64,000 nucleotides of DNA from Bacillota bacterium (GTDB taxonomy: Bacteria; Bacillota; SHA-98; UBA4971): positions 10,592 through 74,591 of the forward strand of contig JAAYXB010000027.1 in the NCBI GenBank assembly GCA_012516125.1. Direction: 5' to 3'. The notes beneath the pieces were generated by a model that did not search any database, was not told the origin of the DNA, and saw only the letters and a program-made list of their open reading frames with translations. Of the stretch, positions 39,697 to 49,640 are shown piece by piece (the first letter of the stretch is position 1; each line of letters opens with the position of its first letter). The position numbers and the translations under genes were made by a program.

Positions 39697-39918
39697 ACCC
39701 AAAATCTGTAGATATGCGGCTCCGCACGTCTCCACACGTCTCGGTCGCGTGCAGCACAACGGGTCGTGAATTCATTCTACCCGCGGACTTATTCTACCAG
39801 ATACACGGTACAGGATCAACGGCCCTGCATCGTTCGTTTGCTCGCAAGCCTCCACACGAGGCAGCGGAGTCCGCCGTTCGCGACCGAAAGCCTGTCAGCG
39901 GTGGGGCATCCCTCCGGG

Positions 39919-40743
39919 CTACCACGGCAGCCTGCTTATGGCTTTGCGGATGCTTGGCAGGGCTCCAATCGCCGCCTGCTCGCCGCGGGCGATGATCTCG
40001 CGCGCTTCCCAGAACTCCGCGCCCGTGGCGAACGACACGTCGGGCTCGATCACCACTTTCGCCTCGGCCCGCCTGAACTCGAAGAGGCGCATCTGCATGA
40101 TATCAAGGGTGTTCAGGATGATGTCCACGGTCCCCGGCTTTTCAACTTGCTTGCGCTCGAGTTTCGGCAGCACGCTCACGGCAACGGGCACCGCCCACCT
40201 ATCGAGCAGGCGGATGTAATCGACCGGGACCGGGTTTACCACGCCGCCGTCCACGAGCATTCTGCGCCCAAGCTGAACCGGCACAAAGACGACCGGGATG
40301 GAGATGCTGGCCCGTATGGCGTCAACGACGTCGCCATCCCGAAGGACGACCTCCTCGCCCGTGAGAACATCCGCTGCAGCTACGGCCAGCGGGATCTTAA
40401 GCTGCGAAAACCGCACGTCGCCGATGAACGAGCGCAAGAGTTCCTGGATCTTCTTCCCGACGAGGAATCCCTGCTTCGGGGGTATGGGATCTACCCAGGC
40501 CAGGACCGACCGCTTCGTCACAGCAAGCGCATGCTTCTCCATTTCGGCGAGGGGCATTCCTGCCGCGTAAAGTCCCCCGATGAGGGCACCCATGCTCGCT
40601 CCTGAGATCGCTCTTATCTCGATTCCCTCGCGCTCCAGGACTTTCAGCACGCCGATGTGGGCAAGCCCCCTCGCAGCGCCGGAGCCAAGGGCCAGTCCGA
40701 CGCCACGTTTGCGCAGGCACCTGACATCCTCATCGACGGCCAT
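39919..40743 (-). CDS. Patatin-like phospholipase (RssA type)
   Basis: GSGAARG, GASMG nucleophile and DGG motif. Confidence 0.92.
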   Translation of the reverse strand: MAVDEDVRCLRKRGVGLALGSGAARGLAHIGVLKVLEREGIEIRAISGASMGALIGGLYAAGMPLAEMEKHALAVTKRSVLAWVDPIPPKQGFLVGKKIQELLRSFIGDVRFSQLKIPLAVAAADVLTGEEVVLRDGDVVDAIRASISIPVVFVPVQLGRRMLVDGGVVNPVPVDYIRLLDRWAVPVAVSVLPKLERKQVEKPGTVDIILNTLDIMQMRLFEFRRAEAKVVIEPDVSFATGAEFWEAREIIARGEQAAIGALPSIRKAISRLPW

Positions 40744-40885
40744 CCCAACACCATCCCCCTTGCCTGTTTCCTTTGCGCACGCCCGCCCCGCAAACTCGGT
40801 GAGTGGTTGTGCGTCCCGGCATATTATCTATGTCGTGTTGCGTCTTCAGGTGCATAACCCGGGCTGGCACGTTTCCCTCGCCCTT

Positions 40886-41200
40886 TCATCCGCGGACGCT
40901 GAAGGATGCGAACTCTCCCTGGTATGGGGCCCACCGCACGTCCACCCTGTCCACCCTGGCCCACGGCGGTCCTTCGCGCAAGAGTGCGACGAAGCGCTCG
41001 ACCTTGTAGCGCTCGCCTTCGACGACAAGCTCGACTGCGCCGTCATAGCGGTTCCTGACCCACCCGCGGAGGCCGAGAGCCGTCGCGTGTCTTCTGGCGA
41101 ACCCCCGAAAGCCAACGCCCTGGACCCTGCCGACGACCGTTATCTCAGCCCTGGCCTCATCTTTTGCGTTGTTGCCCTGTCTCGATTCTGTCCCACCCAT
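40886..41200 (-). CDS. acyP: Acylphosphatase
   Basis: GRVQGVGFR and GWVRN..DG.VE. Confidence 0.93.
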   Translation of the reverse strand: MGGTESRQGNNAKDEARAEITVVGRVQGVGFRGFARRHATALGLRGWVRNRYDGAVELVVEGERYKVERFVALLREGPPWARVDRVDVRWAPYQGEFASFSVRG

Positions 41201-41556
41201 AGCCGCCGCCTTTGCCTCTTCATGGTTATGTTTCCATAATGTTTAGGACGCAAATTCTACAAGAACGCGACTAAAACCTGCATGACCGGCACATGACTAT
41301 AATTGCCGACGGTCCCACGGTTGATGCGAGGGGATTATGGCATAGGCCATATTCTGAAGGAGAGCGCCATTTCTCACCTTGTTGTGAACTTGCCTCTCCC
41401 ACCTCAACTCGACCGTCACCGTCGGCCCCGCGTTTTGAAGGACGAGAACGGGGCCGATAGAACGAGAGCCGCCTGGCGTTCCTGCCACGGCGGCTCTTGA
41501 CATGCCTGTGCTGACGCACTGATCCCTGACCGGTGAGCAGTATTGGGTACAAAAAC

Positions 41557-41634
41557 TGGTCGGAGCGGCGAGACTTGAACTCGCGACCTCCTGAACCCCA
41601 TTCAGGCGCGCTAGCCAAACTGCGCCACGCCCCG
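41557..41634 (-). tRNA. tRNA-Pro(GGG)
   Basis: CGGGGCG acceptor, CCTGA-AT-GGG-GT-TCAGG anticodon arm and encoded CCA. Confidence 0.97.
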
Positions 41635-41762
41635 ACCCAAGACTTGCTGGCCCGCGTCCCTTGCGGTCCAACTGCATTATAACAGATCGCCGGCGTGGCC
41701 GCAACCCCGAGTTTGACCATACGGCTTGAGTTCGACGAGGGAGGAGGCCGCGCTACCGGGCC

Positions 41763-42038
41763 TCACTTCGCAACGGCGTCTTTCAGGGTCTTGCCAGCCT
41801 TGAAAACCGGCACCGTCCTCGCTGCGATACGGATAGTCTTCCCGGTTCTCGGGTCTCTACCGGCCCTGGCCGCCCTCTTTCGCGTCTCGAAGCTGCCGAA
41901 GCCGACGAGCGAGACCTTGTCCCCTGCGGCAAGGGCTTCCGAGATGGATTCAAACACTGCGTCGACGACTCTTGCCGAGTCTTTCTTGGTAAAACCGGTT
42001 TTGGCTGCGACTTTGTCAACCAGTTCCGTCTTGGTCAT
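41763..42038 (-). CDS. hup: DNA-binding protein HU
   Basis: [24 protein letters not shown] and [13 protein letters not shown]. Confidence 0.96.
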   Translation of the reverse strand: MTKTELVDKVAAKTGFTKKDSARVVDAVFESISEALAAGDKVSLVGFGSFETRKRAARAGRDPRTGKTIRIAARTVPVFKAGKTLKDAVAK

Positions 42039-42087
42039 TCCGGAAACCTCCTTTCGCAGGTATGTTGCCCACTTCAAGCAGGATTTA

Positions 42088-42119
42088 TAAAGGGCGGGCC
42101 GCGCAGTGCGGCCCGCCCT
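42088..42119 (-). terminator. Hairpin between spoIVA and hup
   Basis: 12-bp stem AGGGCGGGCCGC/GCGGCCCGCCCT with an AT-rich tail. Confidence 0.55.
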
Positions 42120-42323
42120 CGCCGGTCTTCTCGTTCCCTTTCTCCTCACCACCATTTACTCTACCTTTCTACCTTGCCTGCACCCCTGACCGATGTTCCT
42201 CGCTCTCCCGCTCGCTTCCCTGCTCCCTGCCTCGTCTTCCCTCTCCTGTTCCCCGGTCTGTTCCCTGTCCGCGGCCATCCGCTTTCCGCCTGCTCTCCAG
42301 TTCTGCTCCGCGCCGCGCAGCCC

Positions 42324-43802
42324 TCACAGAATTATGCAGATGAGCCCGCCGCTCCCTTCGTTGACGATCTTCTGGAGAGTCTCCTGGAGCTTTTGCTGCG
42401 CGTTCTCGGGCATCCGGTAGAGCTTGCTCTCGATTCCCTCTTTCACCAGCTCATGCAGGGACTTCCCGAGGAAGTCGGTGTTCCAGATGCGGTCAGGATC
42501 CTTCTCGAACTCCTCCGAAAGTCGCCTGACAAGCTCTTCTCCCTGTCTCTCCGTTCCTACGTTCGTCGTAACCTCTGTCTCGATGTTCGCCCGGATCATG
42601 TGGATAGACGGCGCCGACGCCTTGAGCCTCACGCCGAACCGGCTGCCCTGTCTGATCAGCTCCGGCTCCTCGAACGTGAGCTCATCTAGCAGCGGCATGA
42701 CTATACCGTACCCCAACTCGCGCGCATCCCGCAGGCCGTCTGAGATCTTATCGTATTCCCTCTTTGCCACAGAAAGCTCCTTCATGAGCCGCAGAAGATG
42801 GTGGTCGCCTTCCACTTCAAGGCCGCTCACTTCCTGGACCACCTGGAAGAACAAGCTCCTCGGCGCCTCGAGGTCGATGACCACCGTTCCTGTGCCAAGT
42901 TCCATCGTAGTGAGGTCCGCCCCGGATACGAACTCCTCTTCGGAGAGCTTTTCCACGACCCTGTGTATGTCGCGTATCCTCTTGACTTCCTTCACGGTGG
43001 CGACCACAGCCTCCTGGAACCTCTGCCTGAGCCAGTGGTCTTCGGCGAGCTCGCTCAGCCACACGGGCAGCCGTACGCTTACCTCGCGGACGGGGAACTC
43101 GTAGAGTACCTCGCGCAGGACTCCCTTGACGTCCTCGACATCCATCCTCATGCAATCGAGAGGGATGACCGGCACCTGGTACTTCTCGGCTAGCTCGGAT
43201 GCGAGGTCCTGGGCCTCCCTTGACCACGGTGCGACCGAGTTGAGGACCGCCACGAAAGGCTTGTGAAGCTGGCGAAGCTCGGCGATGACCCGCTCTTCCG
43301 CCGGCGCGTAATTCTCTCTCGGGATCTCCGTGATCGAGCCGTCGGTCAGCACGACGAGGCCGATGGTGGAGTGGTCTGTTATCACCTTCCGCGTGCCGAA
43401 CTCCGCCGCCTCCTCAAACGGGATCTCGTAGTCGAACCAGGGCGTAACGACCATCCTCGGGCCGGCCTCGTCCTCGTAGCCCAGCGCCCCCCTCACGGTA
43501 TAGCCGACACAGTCAACGAGTCTGACCCAGACCTTGACGTTGTCTTCGATTTCGACTTCCACGGCCTCGCTCGGCACGAACTTGGGCTCGGTGGTCATGA
43601 TGGTCTTACCGCCGCCGCTCTGCGGGAGTTCGTCCACTGAGCGCTGCTTGTCGTATACGTCAGAGATGTTCGGGAGGACCAGGAGGTCCATGAAGCGCTT
43701 GATGAATGTGGACTTTCCCGTTCTGACCGGCCCGACCACTCCGATGTAGATATCGCCGCCCGTCCTTGTAGCGATGTCCTGGAAGATATCGAACGTCTCC
43801 AT
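42324..43802 (-). CDS. spoIVA: Stage IV sporulation protein A
   Basis: DIATRTGGDIYIGVVGPVRTGKSTFIKRF and terminal NEGSGGLICIIL. Confidence 0.98.
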   Translation of the reverse strand: METFDIFQDIATRTGGDIYIGVVGPVRTGKSTFIKRFMDLLVLPNISDVYDKQRSVDELPQSGGGKTIMTTEPKFVPSEAVEVEIEDNVKVWVRLVDCVGYTVRGALGYEDEAGPRMVVTPWFDYEIPFEEAAEFGTRKVITDHSTIGLVVLTDGSITEIPRENYAPAEERVIAELRQLHKPFVAVLNSVAPWSREAQDLASELAEKYQVPVIPLDCMRMDVEDVKGVLREVLYEFPVREVSVRLPVWLSELAEDHWLRQRFQEAVVATVKEVKRIRDIHRVVEKLSEEEFVSGADLTTMELGTGTVVIDLEAPRSLFFQVVQEVSGLEVEGDHHLLRLMKELSVAKREYDKISDGLRDARELGYGIVMPLLDELTFEEPELIRQGSRFGVRLKASAPSIHMIRANIETEVTTNVGTERQGEELVRRLSEEFEKDPDRIWNTDFLGKSLHELVKEGIESKLYRMPENAQQKLQETLQKIVNEGSGGLICIIL

Positions 43803-43848
43803 ACCGGCTCCCTCCCCCGGCACCGGGTCGCACCCGGCTTTCAGAATA

Positions 43849-43878
43849 ATGTATATGAGTGGAGGGAGCGATTATTAC
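43849..43878 (-). promoter_or_regulatory. Putative sigma-E promoter of spoIVA
   Basis: GTAATAAT-N13-CATATACAT about 50 nt upstream of the ATG. Confidence 0.5.
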
Positions 43879-44034
43879 CCAGGCTTCGAAAATAGTGGAC
43901 GGACACACAGGAGCGCGAACGGCCGGAACACGCATAGAGCACCCCGTTGCATTCCTGCACCTGGCAAGCCCACAGCCAGACCAGCGCCAGGGGCGGGGCT
44001 TGCCGGAGCGGCTCTTGTGGGCGTCACTTCGGAG

Positions 44035-44598
44035 CTACGCCTGACCCTTGATGAGAGAGAACGCCTCAGCTCTCGCGGCGACGTCCTTGCGGAACAGGCC
44101 CCGTACGGCGGAGGTCACGGCGATGCTGCCCGGCTTCGTCACCCCGCGCATCGACATGCACATGTGCTCGGCCTCGATCACCACCACCACCCCGTGGGGC
44201 TTCAGCGCTTCGTCGATCATGTCCGCGATCTCGCTCGTGAGTCTTTCCTGGAGTTGCGGGCGCCTTGCGACGGTTTCGACCACCCGCGCGAGCTTGCTCA
44301 GGCCGACGACGCGGCCGCCCTTGGGCAGGTAGGCCACGTGAGCCTTGCCGTGGAAAGGCAGGAGATGGTGCTCGCACATGGAGTAGAACGGGATATCCTT
44401 GATGATGACCATTTCCTCGTGGTGCTCGTTGAAGACCGGGGTAAGGAGGTCGCGGGGGTCCTTGCCGATCCCGCAGAATATCTCTTCGCACATCCTTGCG
44501 ATCCGGCGAGGCGTCTCCCGGAGACCCTCGCGGTCCGGATCCTCTCCAATGGCCTCAAGTATCTCTCTGACTGCGCGCATGATTCTTGCTTCGTCCAA
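44035..44598 (-). CDS. folE: GTP cyclohydrolase I
   Basis: [27 protein letters not shown] and [11 protein letters not shown] start follows GGAGG. Confidence 0.96.
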   Translation of the reverse strand: MDEARIMRAVREILEAIGEDPDREGLRETPRRIARMCEEIFCGIGKDPRDLLTPVFNEHHEEMVIIKDIPFYSMCEHHLLPFHGKAHVAYLPKGGRVVGLSKLARVVETVARRPQLQERLTSEIADMIDEALKPHGVVVVIEAEHMCMSMRGVTKPGSIAVTSAVRGLFRKDVAARAEAFSLIKGQA

Positions 44599-44704
44599 TT
44601 GCCTGTACCTCCCTGATCTGTGCTCCGGGCTAGGGCGGCCAGCGGCCAGCAGCGGCGACGCGCCACGCGGCACCCGCAGGCGACCGTCGCAGCGCATCTT
44701 GCGG

Positions 44705-45568
44705 TCACTTTCGCCCCACTGCCTCGTCCAGCATATTCTCGAGGATGAGCGCAAGCGCGTGAAGGTCCATGGCGTTGTGTTCGAGGATCGGGCGTATGAG
44801 AGCGGGATTCCGGCTCCTGACGAACTCGTGGTAAACCTCCGGGATCAAGGAACTCGGGATGTCGCCATGGCGTTCGTAGCCGAGAAGGTACGCCGCCACG
44901 GTCACCAGCCTGCAATCGGGCAGCAGTCCCCGGTAGAGACGCCGCACCACCCTGAGCAGGTCCACATGGAGCCTGCACGACCCGCACTCGATGCCGTGGA
45001 ACGTCATGCGGTCGCGTATGTATGGCAGATCGAACCTGCGTCCGTTGTAGGTCGCTATCACCTGGAACCTCTCGAGCTCGTCGCGGACCGCGGCGAGCAC
45101 ACTAGCCTCCTCTTCGTAGGATCGAGCGAGGAACTGCCGAAGGAACACGGCACGGTCATCGCGGAAACCCATGATGCCCACGAGGAACAGCGGCTGCGTG
45201 CTGTAAAGCCCGGTGGTCTCTATGTCGATGAATGCGATGTCGGTCGCAGGGTAGAAACCGAGGAGGTCCAGCTCCGATGCCCCGCACCGTGAGAGAAACT
45301 CGGAGTCGCTCTTCTCTATTGCCGCGAGCACGGTGCATGCCGCCTGGCCCCAACGCGAGTGCCGGGACAGGCAGACGAGATCACGGTAGCCCTGGGCCTT
45401 CAACTTCTCCTCGGTCTTTGGCCCGATGCCTCGCAGAAGCTTGAGGTTACGTTGAAGGCTCTCCCGTCCGTCCGCAGGCGAAACGTAAACGGGCGGGAAC
45501 ACGCGCTCGGCGACGTAGTAATCTCCCTCCCCAAGAAGGTCGTCTGCGGGTCTCGGCCTTATCCTCAC
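44705..45568 (-). CDS. RNase H-like (RNase_H_2, YprB/MrfB-like) exonuclease with an HhH motif
   Basis: GIGPKT Hh[21 protein letters not shown] and HNAMDL. Confidence 0.85.
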   Translation of the reverse strand: MRIRPRPADDLLGEGDYYVAERVFPPVYVSPADGRESLQRNLKLLRGIGPKTEEKLKAQGYRDLVCLSRHSRWGQAACTVLAAIEKSDSEFLSRCGASELDLLGFYPATDIAFIDIETTGLYSTQPLFLVGIMGFRDDRAVFLRQFLARSYEEEASVLAAVRDELERFQVIATYNGRRFDLPYIRDRMTFHGIECGSCRLHVDLLRVVRRLYRGLLPDCRLVTVAAYLLGYERHGDIPSSLIPEVYHEFVRSRNPALIRPILEHNAMDLHALALILENMLDEAVGRK

Positions 45569-45600
45569 CGCGTTGATCCCTCCCTTCTACTCTCTCTATC

Positions 45601-45652
45601 TGAGTCACCGGCAACCTCTCCCAAAAGTTGGGAGCGTTTCCGAACGCTCACG
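45601..45652 (+). repeat. Partial MITE-like copy (degenerate right end)
   Basis: TGAGTCACCGGCAACCTCTCCCAAAAGTTGGGAGC vs TGAGTCACCGGCAACCCCTCCCAAAAGTCGGGAGC at 45914-45948. Confidence 0.75.
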
Positions 45653-45841
45653 ATGAGTGTGGTGGAGACAGGGGCACAGCCATTCGGGCTTATCCATAGG
45701 AGCATTCGCCATGCGCGGCCGCAACCCTTCCTGGAGGGAACGCGGCGGGGCCGGCCGTCCATGCGGCCGACCCCGCCCGAGGTCCGAGAGCGACGCATGT
45801 GTGCGTGACGCACGTGCGCCCCTTTGATCCCGATGGTTGGA

Positions 45842-45969
45842 ACTAAGTGAGGGTGCGTCAGTTCTCGCCCCTCTTCCAGTAGTTGCCGGGTTGCCGGTGT
45901 TGCACCCTCTCTTTGAGTCACCGGCAACCCCTCCCAAAAGTCGGGAGCATTTCTGCACCCTCACTTAGT
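45842..45969. mobile_element. 128-bp MITE-like element with perfect 15-bp terminal inverted repeats
   Basis: ACTAAGTGAGGGTGC (45842-45856) and GCACCCTCACTTAGT (45955-45969); non-coding; related copies elsewhere in the window. Confidence 0.7.
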
Positions 45970-46213
45970 GGTAGTGGCGGTCTACACCGCGCGGAGGCTG
46001 CGCAATATGGTGCTTCTGCTTGAACTCCTCCGAGAACGTGCTGGAGAAGTGGATCACATAGCCGGAGTCGAGGGTGATGAGAACTTCCTCCCAGTAACCC
46101 GGGTCTTGCGGTCCTGCCTCGCTTGTGCGGATGTCCACGTCCACTATGACGGTGCCCACGACACTTTGCCGGAACCCCTCGATGTCGTCAATCAGATAGC
46201 AGGCCATAGCCAT
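45965..46213 (-). CDS. Small hypothetical protein
   Basis: 82-aa ORF with a GGGGG RBS-like sequence and protein-like composition; its stop codon lies inside the MITE end. Confidence 0.55.
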   Translation of the reverse strand: MAMACYLIDDIEGFRQSVVGTVIVDVDIRTSEAGPQDPGYWEEVLITLDSGYVIHFSSTFSEEFKQKHHIAQPPRGVDRHYH

Positions 46214-46314
46214 CCCCCCTGATTGATCTCGCTTCCAGCGTCCGGCATCTACCGGCCAGCGCCTTCACACTTGCGCCTTGCAACGCTATTCCTGCTACTA
46301 TCCTATTTGCAGGC

Positions 46315-47751
46315 CTAGTCGGCGATGACACGGACCCGGTAGAGGATCTCGACCTCCTTGCCTCTGGGCACCTTAACCTTGAACGCTGCCGTGTTCGCGT
46401 CGAGCTTCTGGTATGACGACGGGACGCAGCTCAGGATGGTCCACTCCCCGTAGAACCGCTCGACGACCACGATCTCCACGTCTTCGTCCTTGTGGTTCCG
46501 GAGCTTAATGCAGCACGCTTCCTCGTACGAGTTCGCTCCGATCTTCTTGTAATCCGTGACGGTCCGCTCGCCCACGAGATCGAAGGCGTTTCCTACGTAG
46601 AGGCGCACCGTCTCATCGCGTGGGGTGTGCTCGATGCTGTCCTCCCCTACGAAGTCGAGGCTCTTGTCGGCCGAGGCCTTGTACACCCGCACCTTTCCTG
46701 CAGGAAGTGGGATGCCGAGCCCTGCATCGGTCTTGTTCTGGAACTCTATGACCACCTTGACGTCGCCGGTCTCCTTCTTTCCTGCGTACGTTTGATACCC
46801 GTAGCGCCGCTCTGGAGCCTCGAAAACGTACAGCTTCTTTATCGGCACGTTCGGCGCCGAGAGCAGCTCAATCTGCTTGAGCTGGTTATCAGCTACCGTG
46901 GTGCGGCGCTTCAGCGTGTACGAATGATACTCGAAGAGCGGCTTCTCCTCGAACGTCTCGGGAGCCGGTGCAGCCCCGGAGCGCAGCGGCAGAGCCTTGA
47001 GCTGCATGTCGGGCTCGACCGTCCGCACATCCCCGGCGATGAGCTTCAGCGAGGCGTTGCGGTACGTGGCTCCGCTCCTGTTGTCGAGCGTAACCCATCC
47101 GTTGAGGGCCACAGCCCTATCTTTTTCGTCGAGCACGCAAACGTAGTCGGCGCGCCAGCTTATGCCCCTCGTGAGGTAGTTCACCTCGGCAACGTGCTCA
47201 GCGGCCGACTTTGCGTCCAGATACCACACGAGGGTCGGGCGCAGGATGAGCCCTGACGGTAGCGCGGGAAGCTCGATGTTGCCGGGCGGGTCCAGGAGGA
47301 TCTTCCCGTCCATCTCCACGGTGAGCCTGCCCTGGGAGTCCACGGCGAGAAGACGCGCCGGACGTATGACGCCGTCGCGGTTGAGCTCTATCTCCTTGCC
47401 TATATATTTCTCGAGAAGTTTCTGCCTGCTCACGAGGTCGTATTCGAAATTCTGCTCGAGAAGCTTGAGGTCGCCGGGCGCCGTGAGCGACACCAGGCGC
47501 ACCGAGGACGGATCCATATCCCGGGCGACATCGGAAAACCGCAGGATATTGAGGCCCTGGCCCAGCGAGATGAGACGCTCGTCGCGGACCAGCGCCAGGT
47601 TGTTGTTGTAAACGGTGAGCGATACGTTCCTTTGCTGCTCAGGACCTACCTCTATGCTCGTGTCCTGCGCGAGCGCCGCGCCCGGCGTCGCGACCACTAT
47701 CACTATCGCGGCGAGCAGCAACAGAGGTACGGCACGTTTCCCACGCAGCAC
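46315..47751 (-). CDS. DUF4139-domain exported protein
   Basis: Signal peptide, SLTVYNNNLALVRD, NFEYDLVS, YLTRGISWRADY and GIPLPAGKVRVY. Confidence 0.85.
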   Translation of the reverse strand: MLRGKRAVPLLLLAAIVIVVATPGAALAQDTSIEVGPEQQRNVSLTVYNNNLALVRDERLISLGQGLNILRFSDVARDMDPSSVRLVSLTAPGDLKLLEQNFEYDLVSRQKLLEKYIGKEIELNRDGVIRPARLLAVDSQGRLTVEMDGKILLDPPGNIELPALPSGLILRPTLVWYLDAKSAAEHVAEVNYLTRGISWRADYVCVLDEKDRAVALNGWVTLDNRSGATYRNASLKLIAGDVRTVEPDMQLKALPLRSGAAPAPETFEEKPLFEYHSYTLKRRTTVADNQLKQIELLSAPNVPIKKLYVFEAPERRYGYQTYAGKKETGDVKVVIEFQNKTDAGLGIPLPAGKVRVYKASADKSLDFVGEDSIEHTPRDETVRLYVGNAFDLVGERTVTDYKKIGANSYEEACCIKLRNHKDEDVEIVVVERFYGEWTILSCVPSSYQKLDANTAAFKVKVPRGKEVEILYRVRVIAD

Positions 47752-47855
47752 GTCAGTTTCCTCCTTTTGAGAATCCGAATTCAGGAGGAGCCCTCGCATG
47801 GACGCCCGTCGGGGTTCAAGACTTAAGCGCCAAACGCCTCCTGGAAGCGTTCGAG

Positions 47856-48929
47856 CTAGCTTACGAGGTCGGCCACGGTTGCGGCGTCAAGCCGCTTCAC
47901 GACCTCTGTTATGAGCGCGACCGCGCGGTCGTAGTCATCGCGGTTTATAAGCGAAGCGTGGGTGTGGATGTAGCGCGACGGCACTCCAATCACGATCGAT
48001 GGGACGCCGCTGCCGTGGAGGTGGATCCTCCCCGTGTCGGTTGCGCCGCCCTCCATGAAGTCCGTTTGGTACGGTATGCCGTGCGCCTTTGCCGTATCGA
48101 TGACGAGGTCGCGCAGCTTGATGTTGGGGATGAGCGACCTGTCATAGATGAGGATGACAGGGCCCGCGCCCATGCGCTCCTGTACCTTCTCTTTGTCGCT
48201 GCCTGGAATGTCGTTGGCGATGCCGACCTCGAGCGCGAACGCCACGTCAGGATCGACTACATCCGCGCTGGTCTCCGCTCCGCGAAGTCCTACCTCTTCT
48301 TGCACCGTGCCCACACCATACACCGTGTTGGGATGGGTGGTGCTTGCAAGGTTCTTGAGGACGTCGATGAAGAGGGCGCAGCCGACCCTGTCGTCCCACG
48401 CCTTGCCCATGTATATCTTCTCGTTTTTGAGCACCTCGAAACCGCTTACCGGGACCACAGGGTCGCCCGGCCGGATGCCGAACTCGCCCGTGGCCTGCTC
48501 GAAGCTGGCAGCCCCGACGTCGATGAACATATCCTTCTTTTCGACGACTTTCTTCCGCTCCTCTTCGGTGAGAAGATGGGGGGGCTTCGAACCTATGATC
48601 CCTGGCACGTCGCCGGACGCGGTTTTGATGACCACCCTCTGTGCCAGCAGGACCTGGTCAAACCATCCACCAAGGAGCAGGAATCTCACGAACCCCTCGG
48701 GAGTCACCGACTTCACCATGAACCCGATCTCGTCCATATGGGCCGCGAGCATTATCCTTGGCCGGTCGCTTGCGCCCGTGCGGCGCGCCACGAGGCTGCC
48801 GAGGCGGTCCTGCTCGATCACCGCGTACGGTTCCACATACCTCCGGATGATCTTCCGGACTTCCCTCTCGTAGCCTGATACCCCGTGTGCTTCCGAAAGC
48901 TCTTTCAGCATTTTCGCAGTTGCGTCCAT
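47856..48929 (-). CDS. M42-family metalloaminopeptidase
   Basis: AAHMDEIG, KAWDDRVG, QEEVGLRGA, GGATD and RYIH. Confidence 0.93.
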   Translation of the reverse strand: MDATAKMLKELSEAHGVSGYEREVRKIIRRYVEPYAVIEQDRLGSLVARRTGASDRPRIMLAAHMDEIGFMVKSVTPEGFVRFLLLGGWFDQVLLAQRVVIKTASGDVPGIIGSKPPHLLTEEERKKVVEKKDMFIDVGAASFEQATGEFGIRPGDPVVPVSGFEVLKNEKIYMGKAWDDRVGCALFIDVLKNLASTTHPNTVYGVGTVQEEVGLRGAETSADVVDPDVAFALEVGIANDIPGSDKEKVQERMGAGPVILIYDRSLIPNIKLRDLVIDTAKAHGIPYQTDFMEGGATDTGRIHLHGSGVPSIVIGVPSRYIHTHASLINRDDYDRAVALITEVVKRLDAATVADLVS

Positions 48930-49062
48930 CAGCGCAAGTCCCCTCCTCAAGCTGGCCGGGCCGTTCCCTGCCGCGCGAGGAGCGATGGATCGGCCCGTCG
49001 CAGTCCATTTACTTCGTCACCTCTCATTTCTATCCTGCTTTTTCGCGCGCTATGAAACTATG

Positions 49063-49101
49063 AAAAAAGGACCGGGGAACGCTCTTCTTGTTCCCCGATC
49101 C
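49063..49101 (-). terminator. Intrinsic terminator after speD
   Basis: Minus strand GGATCGGGGAAC...GTTCCCCGGTCC followed by T6. Confidence 0.75.
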
Positions 49102-49141
49102 GAATCTGACGTACGCGCTCGTGTGAAGTTCCCGAAGGAAG

Positions 49142-49525
49142 CTACCCCGGGGAGATCTTCGTCACGTTGTGCTCGTCGAAGATCCCCCTTTTCACCTCGG
49201 AAGCCACGATTCGGCGGGCCTTGAACCGGTCGCGGATGTATCGGCACGCGACCATGGGGTCCACCTTCTCCCCACATGTAAACACATCGACCGCAGCATA
49301 CCTGTGCTCCGGCCAGGTGTGGATGGCGAGGTGCGACTCGGATATGACCACCACACCGCTTACACCCTGAGGGCTGAATTTATGAAACGCCACCTCGCGG
49401 ATTTCAGCCCCTGCCCGCAAAGCAGCGTCTACCATGATCTCCCGAACGGCTTCGATGTTGTCAAGCACCTCAGGGTCACACTCGTACGCCTCGCACAGGA
49501 TATGACGCCCCAAAGTGTTTGCCAT
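49142..49525 (-). CDS. speD: S-adenosylmethionine decarboxylase proenzyme
   Basis: FSPQGVSGVVVISE|SHLAIHTWPE and DVFTCG. Confidence 0.96.
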   Translation of the reverse strand: MANTLGRHILCEAYECDPEVLDNIEAVREIMVDAALRAGAEIREVAFHKFSPQGVSGVVVISESHLAIHTWPEHRYAAVDVFTCGEKVDPMVACRYIRDRFKARRIVASEVKRGIFDEHNVTKISPG

Positions 49526-49640
49526 CCAAAGTCCCGCCTCCCTTCCAGATCTCTCCCTTCCGATCGGTGACTTCCCCGATCAACGCAATTTTAGCAGATC
49601 GCACCCTAAAGTCAAGGGAATCTCCGCAATTCGTCCACCT

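Noticed and set aside
41297-41460. GPVLVLQNAGPTVTV on the minus strand resembling a MazF fragment downstream of tRNA-Pro
   Set aside because: The match is too short and coincides with a GC hairpin; it cannot be supported without a search.
41595-41601. Unusual A32/U38 in the tRNA-Pro(GGG) anticodon loop
   Set aside because: A32-U38 is a known feature of some bacterial tRNAs with GGN anticodons, so it is not anomalous.
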